A stretch of DNA of 63,713 bases, the filler included, from Pelomyxa schiedti (Eukaryota > Protista > Evosea): the NCBI GenBank assembly GCA_020536535.1. It is 12 parts of 12 records of this genome, joined end to end, with 100 filler letters (N's around TTAATTAATTAA, not from the genome) between each part and the next. Parts side by side here need not be neighbours in the genome. Positions count along the whole stretch, not along the records: positions 20,235 to 41,186 come from JAHLWZ010000317.1; 11 more parts are not named here. One strand, given 5' to 3'. Under the pieces are notes generated by a model. The model searched no databases. It worked only from the letters and a program-made list of their open reading frames with translations, and had not been told where the DNA came from. How positions within the stretch are numbered: position 1 is the stretch's first letter; every line of letters begins with the position of its first letter. Shown piece after piece: positions 23,578 to 36,572 of this stretch. Made by a program: the position numbers and the translations under genes.

Positions 23578-26045
23578 ATGCTGCGTACGTCGAACGCAGG
23601 AACGACCCCGTTTTTTGTGCTGATGGGAGACGTTGGTTCAGGGAAATCCGCACTGTGTGAAAAATTCACTGGAAAAACTGGGCTTAGCTCATCGTCCGAG
23701 GAGTCCTTCACTAAAGAGTCAAAGGTTCGTTTCCTATGTGAAATAGAAATCCTCATTAAAGCTGGCAGGTATTCCCTGTTGACAACAGATACTGGCTTGC
23801 AGACACACCTGGGCTCAATTCTGGCAGAGAACGTGTTGAACACGCTCTAAATCTGCTAGGTGCTTTGAGATTCAAGCCAGTGACTTGCCTTTTGATGATT
23901 TGCTCACTCAAAGACCGCCTTGATAATTTAGAGAAGGAAATCAGTGATCTCGTAACTCCGTTCATTTTGGAGTTTGAGCACAACATTGCTATGATTGTCA
24001 CAAAGAGTGACCGGATGCCTACGAGCACAGGGGAACACATCACGAAGATCGCGCGCAGCATCGGACTAGAGCACATTCTGGTCACTGGCCTAGCAACTAC
24101 AAAGGAGGAACTGATGGCTTTCCTGGAATCACTCACAGTAATTCCACCAATCGATGTCAGTATAGCCCCGGATCAGCTGGAGTCATACTTCAACTTGGCA
24201 CCAAGGGACCTGAAAATGAGAGCTACCTACAACAAGTATGTCGTGTACTTTCAGAAGTTGACTGAAACAGGAACACAACGAATGAATTCACTGGAGGGAG
24301 ATGCAAAGAGGGATTTTGCATTTTCCTTCAAGGCGGCGATGTATGATCTCATTCCAAAGTATCAGTCCCAGCTCTTGGAAGAATTGGGAGGAAGGGATGG
24401 AAGCCTCCTCTTCTGTGGTGAAATGAAGAAAGAGTTCAAAAGGCAGCTGCTCGAAATCCGAAAGCACTGCAAGGATGAGCTGTATGTCAACAACGATTCT
24501 CCCTTCAGGCGTTGCCCTTACTGTGGAAATGTGTGGATTCTTGCTGAAGGTTGCCCGGGAAACACTGTGTGTGGGAAAAGACCTCGATTTGCTGAGGAAT
24601 GGAGGTCTTTCAACGTGTTTGAGTGGGACCTTACCAAAATATTAACGCCAAGCAGCACTGTATACGACTGGTCAGCCAGTGTTACCACAACTCGATCTTG
24701 CCGATTCACAGACAAACAGATCGAAGATTATTTGAACAGCACCCGCATACCAGCTCAAACCACCCGCGCAATGAGAATTCTTCGCCATCTCGTAACACAA
24801 ACCACCCAAGAATCAGTAGCCTTAGAAATTGCAAAGCTGGATAAACCTGCCAAAGAAGAGCTGGAAGCCTTGTGCTGGTCATTTCTTTTTAAGGATCCAG
24901 ATGGTCATTGTCTCTGGAAATTAGTGTCAATTTTTGATAAAAAAACTGAAAAACAGGTGCTCAACATTGACCAGCTGAAACTGTGCTTTGAATTCTACCT
25001 GGCGTCTTTCTACACGAAAACTACCGAAGGGTACCATCCAGAACTCCCAAAACCCTGTGGAAGAACAATTTCCTGGAAAAATATGTCTCCAGTATCTGTG
25101 CCAGAAGAATGGACCACCCAATGGGAACACATTGATAGAAGTATCGAGGTCCAGGACTCTGCAGCTGACATGAGCCTCCGTCAACACCTAAACAACAGAC
25201 AAACCCCTGAAGTAAAAGTTGGTGTTGATACTCACATCGCTGCAGCTTTTGGATCACTGAAGACACTGAGAAAATGGAACCAAAGTGACACATGTATTGT
25301 CAAGGTTCGTGACACTGTGAGAGGAAAGTTCTCGTTCCCTATCCCCGAAGAAGGCCCGACGATTCTCCTAAGAGCATTGCTCGAGAGCAACCCCCTCTTC
25401 AGCAACCCGGCAGTGGAGAGTATGGTGAACAGGTGCCGAGGGATATATGGCCTCAGTGATGATGAAATCCGAATAATTTCATTGTACACAACTGGCTTGT
25501 TTTACCAGAACCTGAATAGCACACTTCACCACAGGACTGTATCAGCAACAGATATTGATATCACTGGGTATCTCCTTCAGGCACTCGAAAAATGCCCCTC
25601 AATGCCGGGAAAGGTGTACAGAGGCTTGGACAACTTTCAAGCTGCCTCTCTTCCAACAACACAGTATGTGAAAGGAAAGTATGTCATCTGGGTATCCTTC
25701 ACGAGCTGCAGTAGAAAACTCTCCACAGCAAGGAAATTCACTAACACGGCAACAAAGAACCCCAAAACTCTGTTTCTGATTGAGCAAGTATCTGGTGTTG
25801 ACATCAGCCCTCTATCAGTCCTACATTATGAGGAAGAGACCCTCCTTACTCCCAATACAGTGTTTCAGGTTGTCAAAGTGATACACAAGGGGAAAGTGGA
25901 CCATGCGCACCTCAAGGAATTACCCAAAGGAGATGACCTTCTGTGTATGATGGAGTGTGCACCATTGGATTGGCCCGAGGATGAGACACCGTGGGAGACT
26001 TCCTGGGCCTTCCTGCCTGCCAGTGTGGTAAAGGGAAGCCCATAA
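23578..26045 (+). CDS. P-loop GTPase - Cys cluster - mono-ADP-ribosyltransferase fusion protein, 2 exons (intron ~23724-23769)
   Basis: G1 GDVGSGKS, G3 DTPG, G4 TKSD; CPYCG..W..EGC.G.T.CG.RP; ART motifs LYT, VYRG, FTSCS, EEETLL. Confidence 0.88.
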
Positions 26046-26154
26046 GTAAGTAAGGTTAAAGAATGAACTGGTCTCGGGAGCTTGAACATGAAATAAATAA
26101 AGTTTTCTTTCCATTTTGACAGAAAGTGGACCGAGGCCAGTGATGGAACCCACG

Positions 26155-26231
26155 AGGTGAGGGCGAGCATCGCAGCGTGCAGGAAAGTTAAAAATTTAGG
26201 TGAGGGCGAGCATCGCAGCGTGCAGGAAAGT
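26155..26231. repeat. Exact 34-bp direct repeat x2 with a 9-nt spacer
   Basis: AGGTGAGGGCGAGCATCGCAGCGTGCAGGAAAGT at 26155-26188 and 26198-26231. Confidence 0.9.
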
Positions 26232-26262
26232 GATTCCCGAGTCCTCTACAACGCTCTGTACA

Positions 26263-26645
26263 TCAAAATTGGAGACAAAATTGTAGTCCAACCAGCTGTA
26301 AGACCTGTGTCTGGGTGCCTAAGTTTCTCAAGGTGAGGGCCCAGGTTCCGATTGAGTTTTCCTTGAGACTATCATGGAGCAGCCAATCAGAAGCGCCGAT
26401 AAACATCTTTTCAAAATTGACGAGAAGAGCGCCGCAGGTTGCTGAGGAGTCACTTGCGGTGGTGGGATCCAAAGTCACCTTTGTAGTCACCTGTAGGTAT
26501 TAGTAAGGGGGTAGCGGGGGTAGCGGTCAGGCGCCGTACGTAGGGTTACAGGTGAGGATGGACTGGTGGAGGTTGGCCCACTGGCGTGGTGTTCTTTTGT
26601 TTCGCGGCCGCAACTGCTTTGTTAGGTGTTTTTACTTACCTCCAT
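26263..26645 (-). CDS. Possible small 2-exon hypothetical protein
   Basis: ATGGAG|GTAAGT donor, TACTAAT branch-like site and CAG acceptor joining to ORF 26263-26490. Confidence 0.35.
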
Positions 26646-26939
26646 CCTCTCTTTCGTTGGAAATTAAATTTATTTCGTTTATTTATTTTATTTATTATTG
26701 TTTCGAGGCTTTATTACGTTATGTTACAACATTATGAAATTATTTTATAAATATAATTTTTTTGTTATTTGTCAATATTATTCTCCCATCACATCAGCAA
26801 GACGAGCACAAAATAGAAGCAGCTGCCAATGCTGACACCTTCAGGTACATATTAAACATCCTAATTGATATATGAGTCGGTGGCGTCATTCTGTATACAC
26901 ACACCGGTTTTGGATTGTCACACTTCCATTACTGTTGAG

Positions 26940-27880
26940 TCTGAAAAGCCAGCCTGGTTCAATTCCACGCTCCGTGCTGCCACCGAACGCCCCCCAGTCG
27001 CCATCATAATCTGTATGCCACTCCAACTTCAGGGGCATGCCAAAGCGCCTGTTCTCTAGTGTGAAGTATTTGCCATTCTACACTGGCCGTAGCATCCACT
27101 CAAACCGTCGTGGTTGGACTCCTCATATCGGCCGGCATAAGCCGCTCGATCGCCATCTCGATCCGTGTGCCACCCCAGCTTGAGTGGCGCAGAAAATCGG
27201 CACTGTTGCAACCTGATGTGCGACCCACGGAGTATTAATTGAACTGCATCTGGGAAATAGCTGATAAGGGGCTGGCCTCGCAGTTCATAGCCAAGCTGGA
27301 AAGCGCAGTTCTCCGTTGCAGCAGAGATTACCTTCTGTATGGCCGTAAATCCTGGTTGGCTTGTAGCTCAATAAGAACAGATATGTATTGCGGTTTTCGA
27401 CTTTCCACTTTCCTTTTTTACAAGCCTGTATTTTCTCTTTCAATGTCTGAAAAGCCCCTGGAAGTGGTTTGCCTCGCTTGGATCAATTCCGCACTCCGCG
27501 TTGCCACCAAACGCCCCCTGGTCACCACCATATTCTGCATACCACTCCAACTTCAGGGGCATGCCAAAGTGCCTGTTCTCTAGTGTGAAGTACTTGCCAT
27601 TCTCCACTGGCCGTGGCATCCACTCAAACTTGTCGTGGTTGGATTCCTCATACCGGCCAGAACAAGCCCTTCGATCTCCCTCTCGATCTGTGCGCCACTC
27701 CAGCTTGAGTGGCTCAGAAAATCGACATTGCTGTAACCTTGTTCCATTGCCTGTGCTCACATCTGTGCCCACGCCTGTGCCTGTGCACACTCTTGTGCCT
27801 GTTCCCAAACCTGTGCTCACACCCACATCTGTGCCCACGCCTGTGCTTACACCATTGTGGTTCCCGCCAACCCCATGATA
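26940..27880 (-). CDS. Hypothetical protein exons with a duplicated ~90-aa PLKLEW module; the copy at lower coordinates is frameshifted
   Basis: ~26944-27213 and ~27447-27740 are paralogous (LQQCRFS.PLKL.W.TDR.GDR...GRYEESNHD...ENR.FGMPLKLEW); 1-nt deletion near 27105. Confidence 0.5.
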
Positions 27881-28479
27881 ATGGGTAGCCAGCATCAGCA
27901 AATTTGATCAGATTTCCCCGACACCGGGTTCTGCGCTGTGTCGCTCCGGCCCCGAAGCCTCACAAAGAAAAACCTGGAGCCCTCCACGATCCGGCCGCCG
28001 CATCCCATGTTCGCTGGTGGGTGCCGGCGGCCATGGCTTTTCACTAACAAAAGTAAGAAGGAACAGTGTACCAGCAGAACATACGATGAGGTGTTTGGGA
28101 CAGCCAGCAATAGTAAAGTAGGTTCTGGTAATGATAGAGAAGGTTCCGGCAATGGTAAAAGTTGATAGAGGTGCTTGGTTGGCAACAGCAGGCTGTGGGA
28201 GCTGTGTGAAAGTGAGAGACTTGAATTTAAGAGGGAATCATACCATGTTATTTATTCAACGGTCCACGGGAGTTTGTGGCAGTAGCAGCTAGCTGTAATG
28301 CTGCAGTGTGGCTATCTTTTCTAAGAGTTTTTCCCACTGCATAAACCAGGGAAGTGGGCAACGGGGATGGAGAAGTGCTTGCAGTTTTCCCTCTCTTGGA
28401 GATTTAGGGATACCTTTGGGCCTCAGGAGTGTTTTGATTTGGCACCCTTCTTGGAACGAGCTGTCATTTCGTGTAAACG

Positions 28480-31400
28480 ATGCGGTGGCTGTTGTGTGCT
28501 GTAGCGTGTGTCGTGTTCCTGGCGTCAATAGTGGGCAGTACCAGCACACATACGGTGCATGATGACAATGGCAGCGAGATCTACGCTGATATTACGGCTG
28601 TTTCAGATCTCATAGACCGCGTGATGTCGCGCGCGTCAACCGATTCCTCCTGTGGAGCGCCGCCTGCTTTCTCACTGTCAATCGTTGAGGCAGATTCAGA
28701 CGATGTCGGCGACGCCTTTACGATGTGGAGCAGCGAAGAGGGCACCACAGTGTATCTCGAGGCCACCTCGGGCGTCGCTTTGGCGTCTGGGTTCCATTGG
28801 TATCTAAAGCACAGCTGCAATTGCTCAGTTTCTTGGTACATACAATTACCTTTTCTGTAAAAAAATAGGTAACTAGTGAAAAGCTGTGTGATAGTAGTTA
28901 ATTTTACTTGTTGTTACCTCCGTTCACCTACTCTAGGCTGGGTGATCAACTGTGCCTTCCCCTGCAGAGTACTTATGTAGCACGACAAACAGTACAAAGC
29001 CCCTATCAGTATGGCTATTATATGAACACTTGCACTCTGGGGTATTCCACTGTTTGGTGGGTATGACCTATCCCCTTGTTGCACCACCAACNNNNNNNNN
29101 NNNNNNNNNNNNNNNNNNNNNNNNNNNNNNNNNNNNNNNNNNNNNNNNNNNNNNNNNNNNNNNNNNNNNNNNNNNNNNNNNNNNNNNNNNNACTTATGTA
29201 GCACGACAAACAGTACAAAGCCCCTATCAGTATGGCTATTATATGAACACTTGCACTCTGGGGTATTCCACTGTTTGGTGGGTATGACCTATCCCCTTGT
29301 TGCACCACCAACTCACACAATATTCATTGACTTCTCTTTAAAAGAACTGGGATCGTTGGGAGCAAGAGATTGACTGGATGGCGATGAATGGTGTCAATCT
29401 TCCCCTTGCCTTTGTTGGACAGGAGTATGTGTGGCAGGAAGTTTGGGGATTACTGGGAATCCCGGCAGAGGATTTATTTGATTTCTTTGGTGGTCCAGCA
29501 TTTCTTCCTTGGCAACGCATGGGGAATGAAGATGGGTGGCCAAGTATGTACACTTTTCCCTTTGTTTAATCAACAACCAAACAGTTCCTTTACCACAATC
29601 CTGGATGCGGAAGCAACGCGATTTGCAGATTCAGGTGCTCAATTACCACAATTTCGCCTTGTTTACCCAGAAACATAAAGCTCTTAGACCGAATGCGGTC
29701 TTTTGGCATGAAACCTATTCTCCCAGGATTTTCTGGGCACGTTCCTGTCGCGTTGAAGAAGTATTACCCAGATGCAGCTGTCACACAGCTTGCATCATGG
29801 TCAGATGGATTCAACGGGACTTACTTTTTGGATCCCTTTGATCCACTGTTTGCAACTGTACATCTGTATTTCTTCTTCCCTTTTTTAAATTCCCACAGAT
29901 TGGGGCCCTATTTATTCAAGAGTTGGAAGCCACTTATGGGACAGGTATGGTACCTATCACCCTTTTCGTGAGAATTTACAAACACCTTAGATCACTTTTA
30001 TAATAGTGACCCATTTAATGAAGAGATTCCACCTAGTAGTGATCCAGATTACTTATCACAAGTTGCTAAAACGGTGAAACATCATCAATTTACCTCAAGA
30101 TTTAATTACTCCTAGATATATTCCTCGATGGCAACTACGGATCCAGAGGCGGTATGGGTTCTGCAAGGATGGTTTCTTGTATCAAACCCTGACTTTTGGG
30201 GCCAAGCTCAAGCTCAAGCATTTTTGGATGCAGGTCCGTACAAAATGTAATGACATTTGTAACTCAGATCAATTCCACTAATCCAGTTGATGACTCGCAC
30301 ATGTTGATCTTAGATCTGTGGGCAGAGGTTGAGCCAATATGGAGTACTGGAATGTTTTTTGGGAAACCATTTGTATGGAACATGTTGCAAAACTTTGGGG
30401 GCCGACCAGGCATGCACGCTTCACTTGCATCTGTCGCAGCTGGACCTCCTGCAGCTTTGAGCAATGCTTCTAGCTCAGTGAAGATTGTTGGCACAGGTTA
30501 CACACCAGAAGCTATTGAAACTAATCCTGTTGGTGAGTGGGACGAATCAGAGATGGCTGTTTTTACTGACTTCATTTGCAGCATACGATCTTATGAGCGA
30601 GATGCACTGGCAAATCACAGCTCCTGATGTTACCAAATGGATTCAGACTTACACTATCCGGCGATATGGTATTGATAACTCTGATGTGAAAGAAGCCTGG
30701 AATCTATTACAAAATAGTGTCTTTGCCTGCCAAACGACCCAAATGGGTCCGACGGGAATCGTTGCTGGTGTAAGACCTGATTTGCAAATGGATTATGCTG
30801 GGTGTTGCACCTCTATGGAGGTGTACTGGGACCCGCAAGATGTTTGTACTGCATGGACTTTGTTAATCGGTGCAGCTGATATTTTGAAAGGAAGTGATAC
30901 TTACGGAAATGACATAGTACAGGTCACCCTGCAGGTGGGCATCACTGCAATTTTACATTCCCTGATATTTATTTAGGTCTTGGCCAGTGTTATGTCTTCA
31001 TTCCACAAGCAACTCGTGGCCTCTTTCTTCATGAGTGATTCTCCACAATTTGAGGATTTTGCACAAAAGATTCTTGACATTTTGGCTGGTATCTTTGTCA
31101 TTTTTCCTTGCAAACTCTTCTCAACCTGTTAGATATGGACACTCTACTGGCGGTTCTTATTTTATTATTCCTCTTTCTTTTATCTCTGATTTCCACCAGA
31201 CACAGCAACCTTATCTTCTCGGCAAATGGCTTGCAGACGCCAAGGCTTGGGCTCAAGATGAAGCAGAGGCACTCAACTACCAATACAATGCCAGACTTCA
31301 AGTCACCCAGTGGGGCTACCCCCTAACGGACCTCAATGACTACGCGTATGCCGTCCCTTCCTAATTTTCATATTAAGCTTAAAACCACCAACCTCACAAA

Positions 31401-31871
31401 CAGGTACAAAATGTGGGCAGGCCTGACCCGTACCTACCAAACAACGCGGTGGCAGACATTCATTAACAGCCTGAGAGACTCCATTGACNNNNNNNNNNNN
31501 NNNNNNNNNNNNNNNNNNNNNNNNNNNNNNNNNNNNNNNNNNNNNNNNNNNNNNNNNNNNNNNNNNNNNNNNNNNNNNNNNNNNNNNNTCATATTAAGCT
31601 TAAAACCACCAACCTCACAAACAGGTACAAAATGTGGGCAGGCCTGACCCGTACCTACCAAACAACGCGGTGGCAGACATTCATTAACAGCCTGAGAGAC
31701 TCCATTGACGATCCTCAGACGTGGAAGCACTCTGTGTACATGAAGCGGGTCAGCGAGGCCGAACAAGCTTGGACACTTCAGTTTGATGACTGGAATTACT
31801 CCACACAGACTGTGGGTGATTCCACTGATGTGGCTGTGTCCATGTATGAAAAATACAACTCCTACTGTTGA
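28480..31871 (+). CDS. NAGLU: Alpha-N-acetylglucosaminidase (GH89), multi-exon, secreted/lysosomal
   Basis: Signal peptide; [90 protein letters not shown]|KMWAGL. Confidence 0.95.
29092..29191. other. 100-N scaffold gap with 121-bp duplicated flanks (same pattern at 31489-31588)
   Basis: 28971-29091 is repeated from 29192; 31368-31488 is repeated from 31589; the true sequence is probably continuous. Confidence 0.9.
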
Positions 31872-31938
31872 TGGTCCCTCAAAAAAAAAAACAGAAAAAC
31901 CTTGTGCTTTCAATTTCTATTTTTTTGCTTTTGTGCCA

Positions 31939-34900
31939 TCAGAAACCCAAAAGGAATCCGAGGTACGCCGCTCTTTTGTGCAGTTGCAGGTCGTCGTCAC
32001 AAAGTTCCAAGGCTGCCAGTAGCCATTTCAATTCATCCTTCCCGCCTCGCTCAATACTAGTGAGAGAGGTTGATTAAGCGGTAATTCTCGTCACACAAAG
32101 AGGGAAAGAAAAGGGAACCTGGATTTGGCCATGAAGGAGTTGTATGCTTCAAGATTTTCAGGTGATAGAAAGCAGCGGCAATGCTGAGGCGCGATTGGAT
32201 AGCATTCCCTAAGGTGGGTTTCACAAACATGACTCGGCGGCGGGGTGGGTGTAACTCGTGGTTCTGTGTCAGGGGCAACAGGCTGAGCCTTTTCGGATGA
32301 AGGTGATGTTGTGGTTCCTTGTTCAACTTCATCTGGTAATGATGGAGGCAGAGGTGCTTCATCATCGGGTTCAGTGAGATCGACGGGTGTTGGTGTAGGC
32401 GCCTCGTTGTCAGGTTCAGTGAGGTCAACGGGTACTTCTGCCACTGTTCCCGGGACCGGCGTTGCTGAAGCTTCAGCATCCTCGTCGCTTGAAATGATAA
32501 TTACAGAGTGATTGTGTTGTGCTACTGTGGGAGTCGAGACTGCTAATTCTTCATCACTGGAAAAGCTCAATTTCCGATTGACAGAGTCCTTCTTTTCTAA
32601 GTGCACTCAGCACTACCATAAGCAAGGATATACTACTCACTGTTAGTTGTGGAGGTAATAAGTTTTCCTCGAGACGGTGATGACTTCACTTTCAGTGTTT
32701 GCTCTGCTTCACTGATCTGACAAGATATAAGTGCTTAATCTTGTACAATAGTATCATACAAGAGAATTAATTTCTTCTTCCGCACAATTCGGATTGTCAA
32801 TTGCCTCCTTGGTGAACAGCAAATCGTGGTCAGAGAGACCAGCCACAACTTAATTAATGTAAGATGGGTGTGGGACTTGCTGAAAAACCTGGAAGAGACT
32901 GCAGGAAGGCAAGGTGTTCGTCAAGTTCTGGATACGAAACTCGATTAGAGTGTAAAGCTGCAAGCTGCTGTTGAGTTGTGGAAAAGGTAGGGTCATCGAA
33001 TGTAAAGAGCTCCCTCAGTTCTTGAGCAGAGAAATACCTTAAGAAGTTTCAGTCCTTCAAAGACATCACACGTGCATACCGATACTGATTCTTGTCTTGG
33101 AAGGTCATACGTAATAGCGATTCCTTAAACACTTGCTTGCGGTAAATCTTCTCCTCAATTGAACCGCATGTCATAAATCGATATATAACCACATCCTTAG
33201 TTTGCCCTATCCTATATACGCGATCCACAGCCTGGTTGTCAATGGTACTCCATGAAGGATCCACTGGTAAATCTTGTAAGTGCAATGGAGGGGTTTTAGG
33301 AGTACCTATACAAACTCTATCAGCAGAGGTAAGGTTTATTCCTAGACCACCAACCTGAGTGGTAAGAAGAAAGCAATTTATTTCAGTATCACTGTCAATG
33401 GGAGTTATTTACGCTCTAGGGTGACGCAAGATACCTGTTAAATTCGTTTATCACCGCTTGCCTTTCACTAGTGCTTGTCATTCTGCCATCAATGCGGCAG
33501 AGCTTGTAGTCTTTGGCGATCAATTCCTTCTCAATAATGTCCAGCATGCGAACACTCTGACTGAAAATCAGGAAGCGGTGTCCCAAAGGTACTTGGTTCT
33601 CCAGTAGTGCGAATAAACAGCGCATCTTAGCACTTGTTTCTATCGGACTACACTTCTTGAAGCTCCTTTACAGGCCTAAATTACTAAATACAAAACCGGT
33701 AGTGTGTTGTTATACCTCAGATCGAGGGTAGAGGTTGTAACCATTTCTTCATGCAGAAGATTCGGAGAATCACATATTTTCTTAAGTACGGTGAGTGCAG
33801 CCAAAGGAGATCGACTCCTACTGAGAACCTGCATGCATTAAATTAAGGTTGTAGGTGTGTTGTATAAGGTACCGCTGTGATTTCGTCCGTGCCAAGGAAT
33901 TCCTTATACAAACGGACTTGTTGATCACTCATTTTCACCCAAATGATGAAATCATTTTTCCGTGCAGTTAGAATCACTGACCGTCTGCGTAGCTTGGTGG
34001 TACCAGGAGACACAGTCACTTTTCCACTCTGGTTGAGTGAAGATTTTGATGGTGAGGAAGTAGCTTTTTCAATCATCTTTTCGGAACTAGACGGAGGCTC
34101 CGGCAAATGGTAAGGTGATGGTGGAGCTTGTAGTACATCTTTTTTTTCTCTTCGAAGAACATAAGGGTGGATCAGTTTCCTTAGAGACTCTGCAAGTTTG
34201 GATCCAACTCCTTTGGCAAGCTCTGTTGCATGTTTGTCATTTCCCTGTGAAAATCAGGCCTAATGAAAAACAAGCGTGGCAGCCCCACCTGGACAATAGG
34301 GTCCTCATAAGTTCTCCTGAATTCTTTTAAAGTCCCAAGAAGTTTTCCTTGGCACACCCAGTCCATGAGTGACCACAACTCCTGACAGCAATAACCATAA
34401 TAGAAAGAAGGAAAAAAAGAATACCTGCAGGTTGTTCATGATAGGAGTTCCAGAAACCAGTATCCTTCTGGTGCTAGGAATTTGGCGGGCAACTTTGGAA
34501 ATCTGTGTTTTGGAGTTTTTGATTTTGTGCCCTTAAAAAGGGTTAACTTTTTTTTTTCATCATGCCAACCATCTACCTTCATCTAAGATAACATAATCCC
34601 AGGTCACAGAGCACAGCTCTTCCTGTTGGGTTAACAGCATTCCATAGGTAGTGAGACATATTCCAGTCATTTTTTGAACCCTCTTGAATTCTTTGAGACG
34701 CTGCGCTGGATTCGAACCATGGAAAATACCAACTGAAATCTGAGGCGCCCTGAGTAGAAAAGGTTAAGTTAAAAAAAATTGGGTGGAGAAACCATTTATG
34801 CAATTCAGACACCCAATGATTGATAACACTAAGAGGGCACACAATAAGAGCTTGTTTTATCAATTTGTTAAGAAATAAGCCGGACAAGAATGCAATGAGT

Positions 34901-36294
34901 TGCAGGGTTTTTCCTAGTCCCATGTCATCCTAATCATGGAGATAAAAAAAAAGAAAAACTAGGGCGCTGCAAACATACACCCAAGCATCCTCCAGGAGGC
35001 TCCAGGTTGTGAATAGACCAAAGCCACTCTACACCCCGCTTTTGGTATGAAAATAGCACTTCAAAAATGCGTGGTGGAACCGAAAATACATCTCCCTATG
35101 GTAATGAAACAGTAGGTCAAGATATGCCACAGAAATACACACTAGTTTATATGTCTTCGAGCTTAAATCGTGCACAAAAGAACAGCCAGGGACAGGTTCA
35201 ATGACATTCTGCTCTGGGATATGTTCATCAGAGTCAGAGGAAATTGCTGCAGTGCCCGAAACAAGTTCCGAGGTGGGTTTAACTGAGAATGATGGCACTT
35301 CCTGTAGTTCCTCTCTTGTTGTAAGCGGACAAGGTTCCGCAACTTGAATGTTGTATGAGACTGGTTTAGAGTTTATTGAGAACTGGAACTCTTCTGGGAA
35401 TAACTGTTCAAGAAGTTGTTCTTCAGAGAGAGGAACCTGGGCATTTGAGTGGTCAACATTGCTGGCGGTTTTGTTTGAAGTATGCTCATTGCCAAAATGG
35501 ACGGTATCCGTTTCCAGAGAGTGTGGCAACTGTTCGTTTTGCAGGTTATCGGAAACATTTGAATTAGCACTTTCCTCAATATCTCTTTCATGGATTGTGA
35601 CAAGTGGAATCTCTGTTGTTGGCATTGCCTTTTCAGGTGATTTGCTGTTTTTAGAGTCCTGCACTTTCAGCTCAAGGCTACGTATTTTGTGTATCAATTT
35701 CTGATATCCAGGCCGTATCAGCAGTGCTTTCTTGTAGTATAAAAGAGCAGATTGCAATTCTCCTGTGCTTTTCAATTCGGTTGCCTTCTTGATACAGAGA
35801 TTGAACTGTCTAATTTCTTCACGACTTAGAGGGGGCACCTTATTGATATCTGGTGGGGGCTCTTGAGGTGCAGAATTTACTTGGTCCTGACTGAGTGTGG
35901 GGACTTGGGAAGTGCTCTCTTCTTGGGGAATAACAGTGAGGGAATCAGTGTGGAGTGTATTAACAGTGCCAAGCGATTTCGGTTCAACTGCCACAGTGGT
36001 GCTAGATTGAAAACGAATAGGTGCTCCAGAAAAACTCGACATGAGTAGAGATCGGACAGCCATCAGCGACGTCAATTGCGTGCTGCCTGGAACAGATCTC
36101 GGGGCCGTGGACAAGAGCTGGCCAACGCAAGGTGTGGAGCAAGATCGGTTGGTAGCGACATGCGAAGGGGTAGCCGCTGGCCCATAAACAGGCAATCTAA
36201 GAGCAACCGAACAAGGAGCCAACTTCCGACGTGCCGTCGCTGCAGTAGACTGACTACCACAGGACATAGACGTGTATTTGGGTGCCGGTACCAC
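31939..36294 (-). CDS. ERCC6L: SNF2-family helicase, ERCC6L/PICH-like, with TPR-like segments (multi-exon; start uncertain)
   Basis: DDMGLGKT, DE|GHKIKN, GTPIMNNL, LIFSQSVRML, QVGGLGINLTSADRV, DPSW..DNQAVDRVYRIGQ.KDVVIYR.MTCGSIEEKIYRKQVFK; TPR-like ALLYYKKALLI. Confidence 0.85.
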
Positions 36295-36572
36295 CTCGCG
36301 AACGAACGATTCTTTTTCTGTTTTTGTTTGTTTGTTTTCGGTGATACCATCAATCGGTGACTCCCAATCTCAGCAGCTTTGTGGCATCTGAGATCTACAC
36401 ATTAGTCTCCCGATGTGGGCTGTTGCCCTCGCACGAAAGTGGGGCTGTGAAGTACGAGGGGGAATTACGTAGTTGGGGTTTTTTTAGAAAATCAACTAAA
36501 CTAAACAAACAAACAAACAGGACAACAAAAAAGGGGAAAAAAATTAAAAAAAAAAAAAAAAACGCGGACGAG

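Noticed and set aside
28971-31708. Exon duplications inside NAGLU
   Set aside because: Exact 121-bp overlaps flanking 100-N gaps; assembly artefact.
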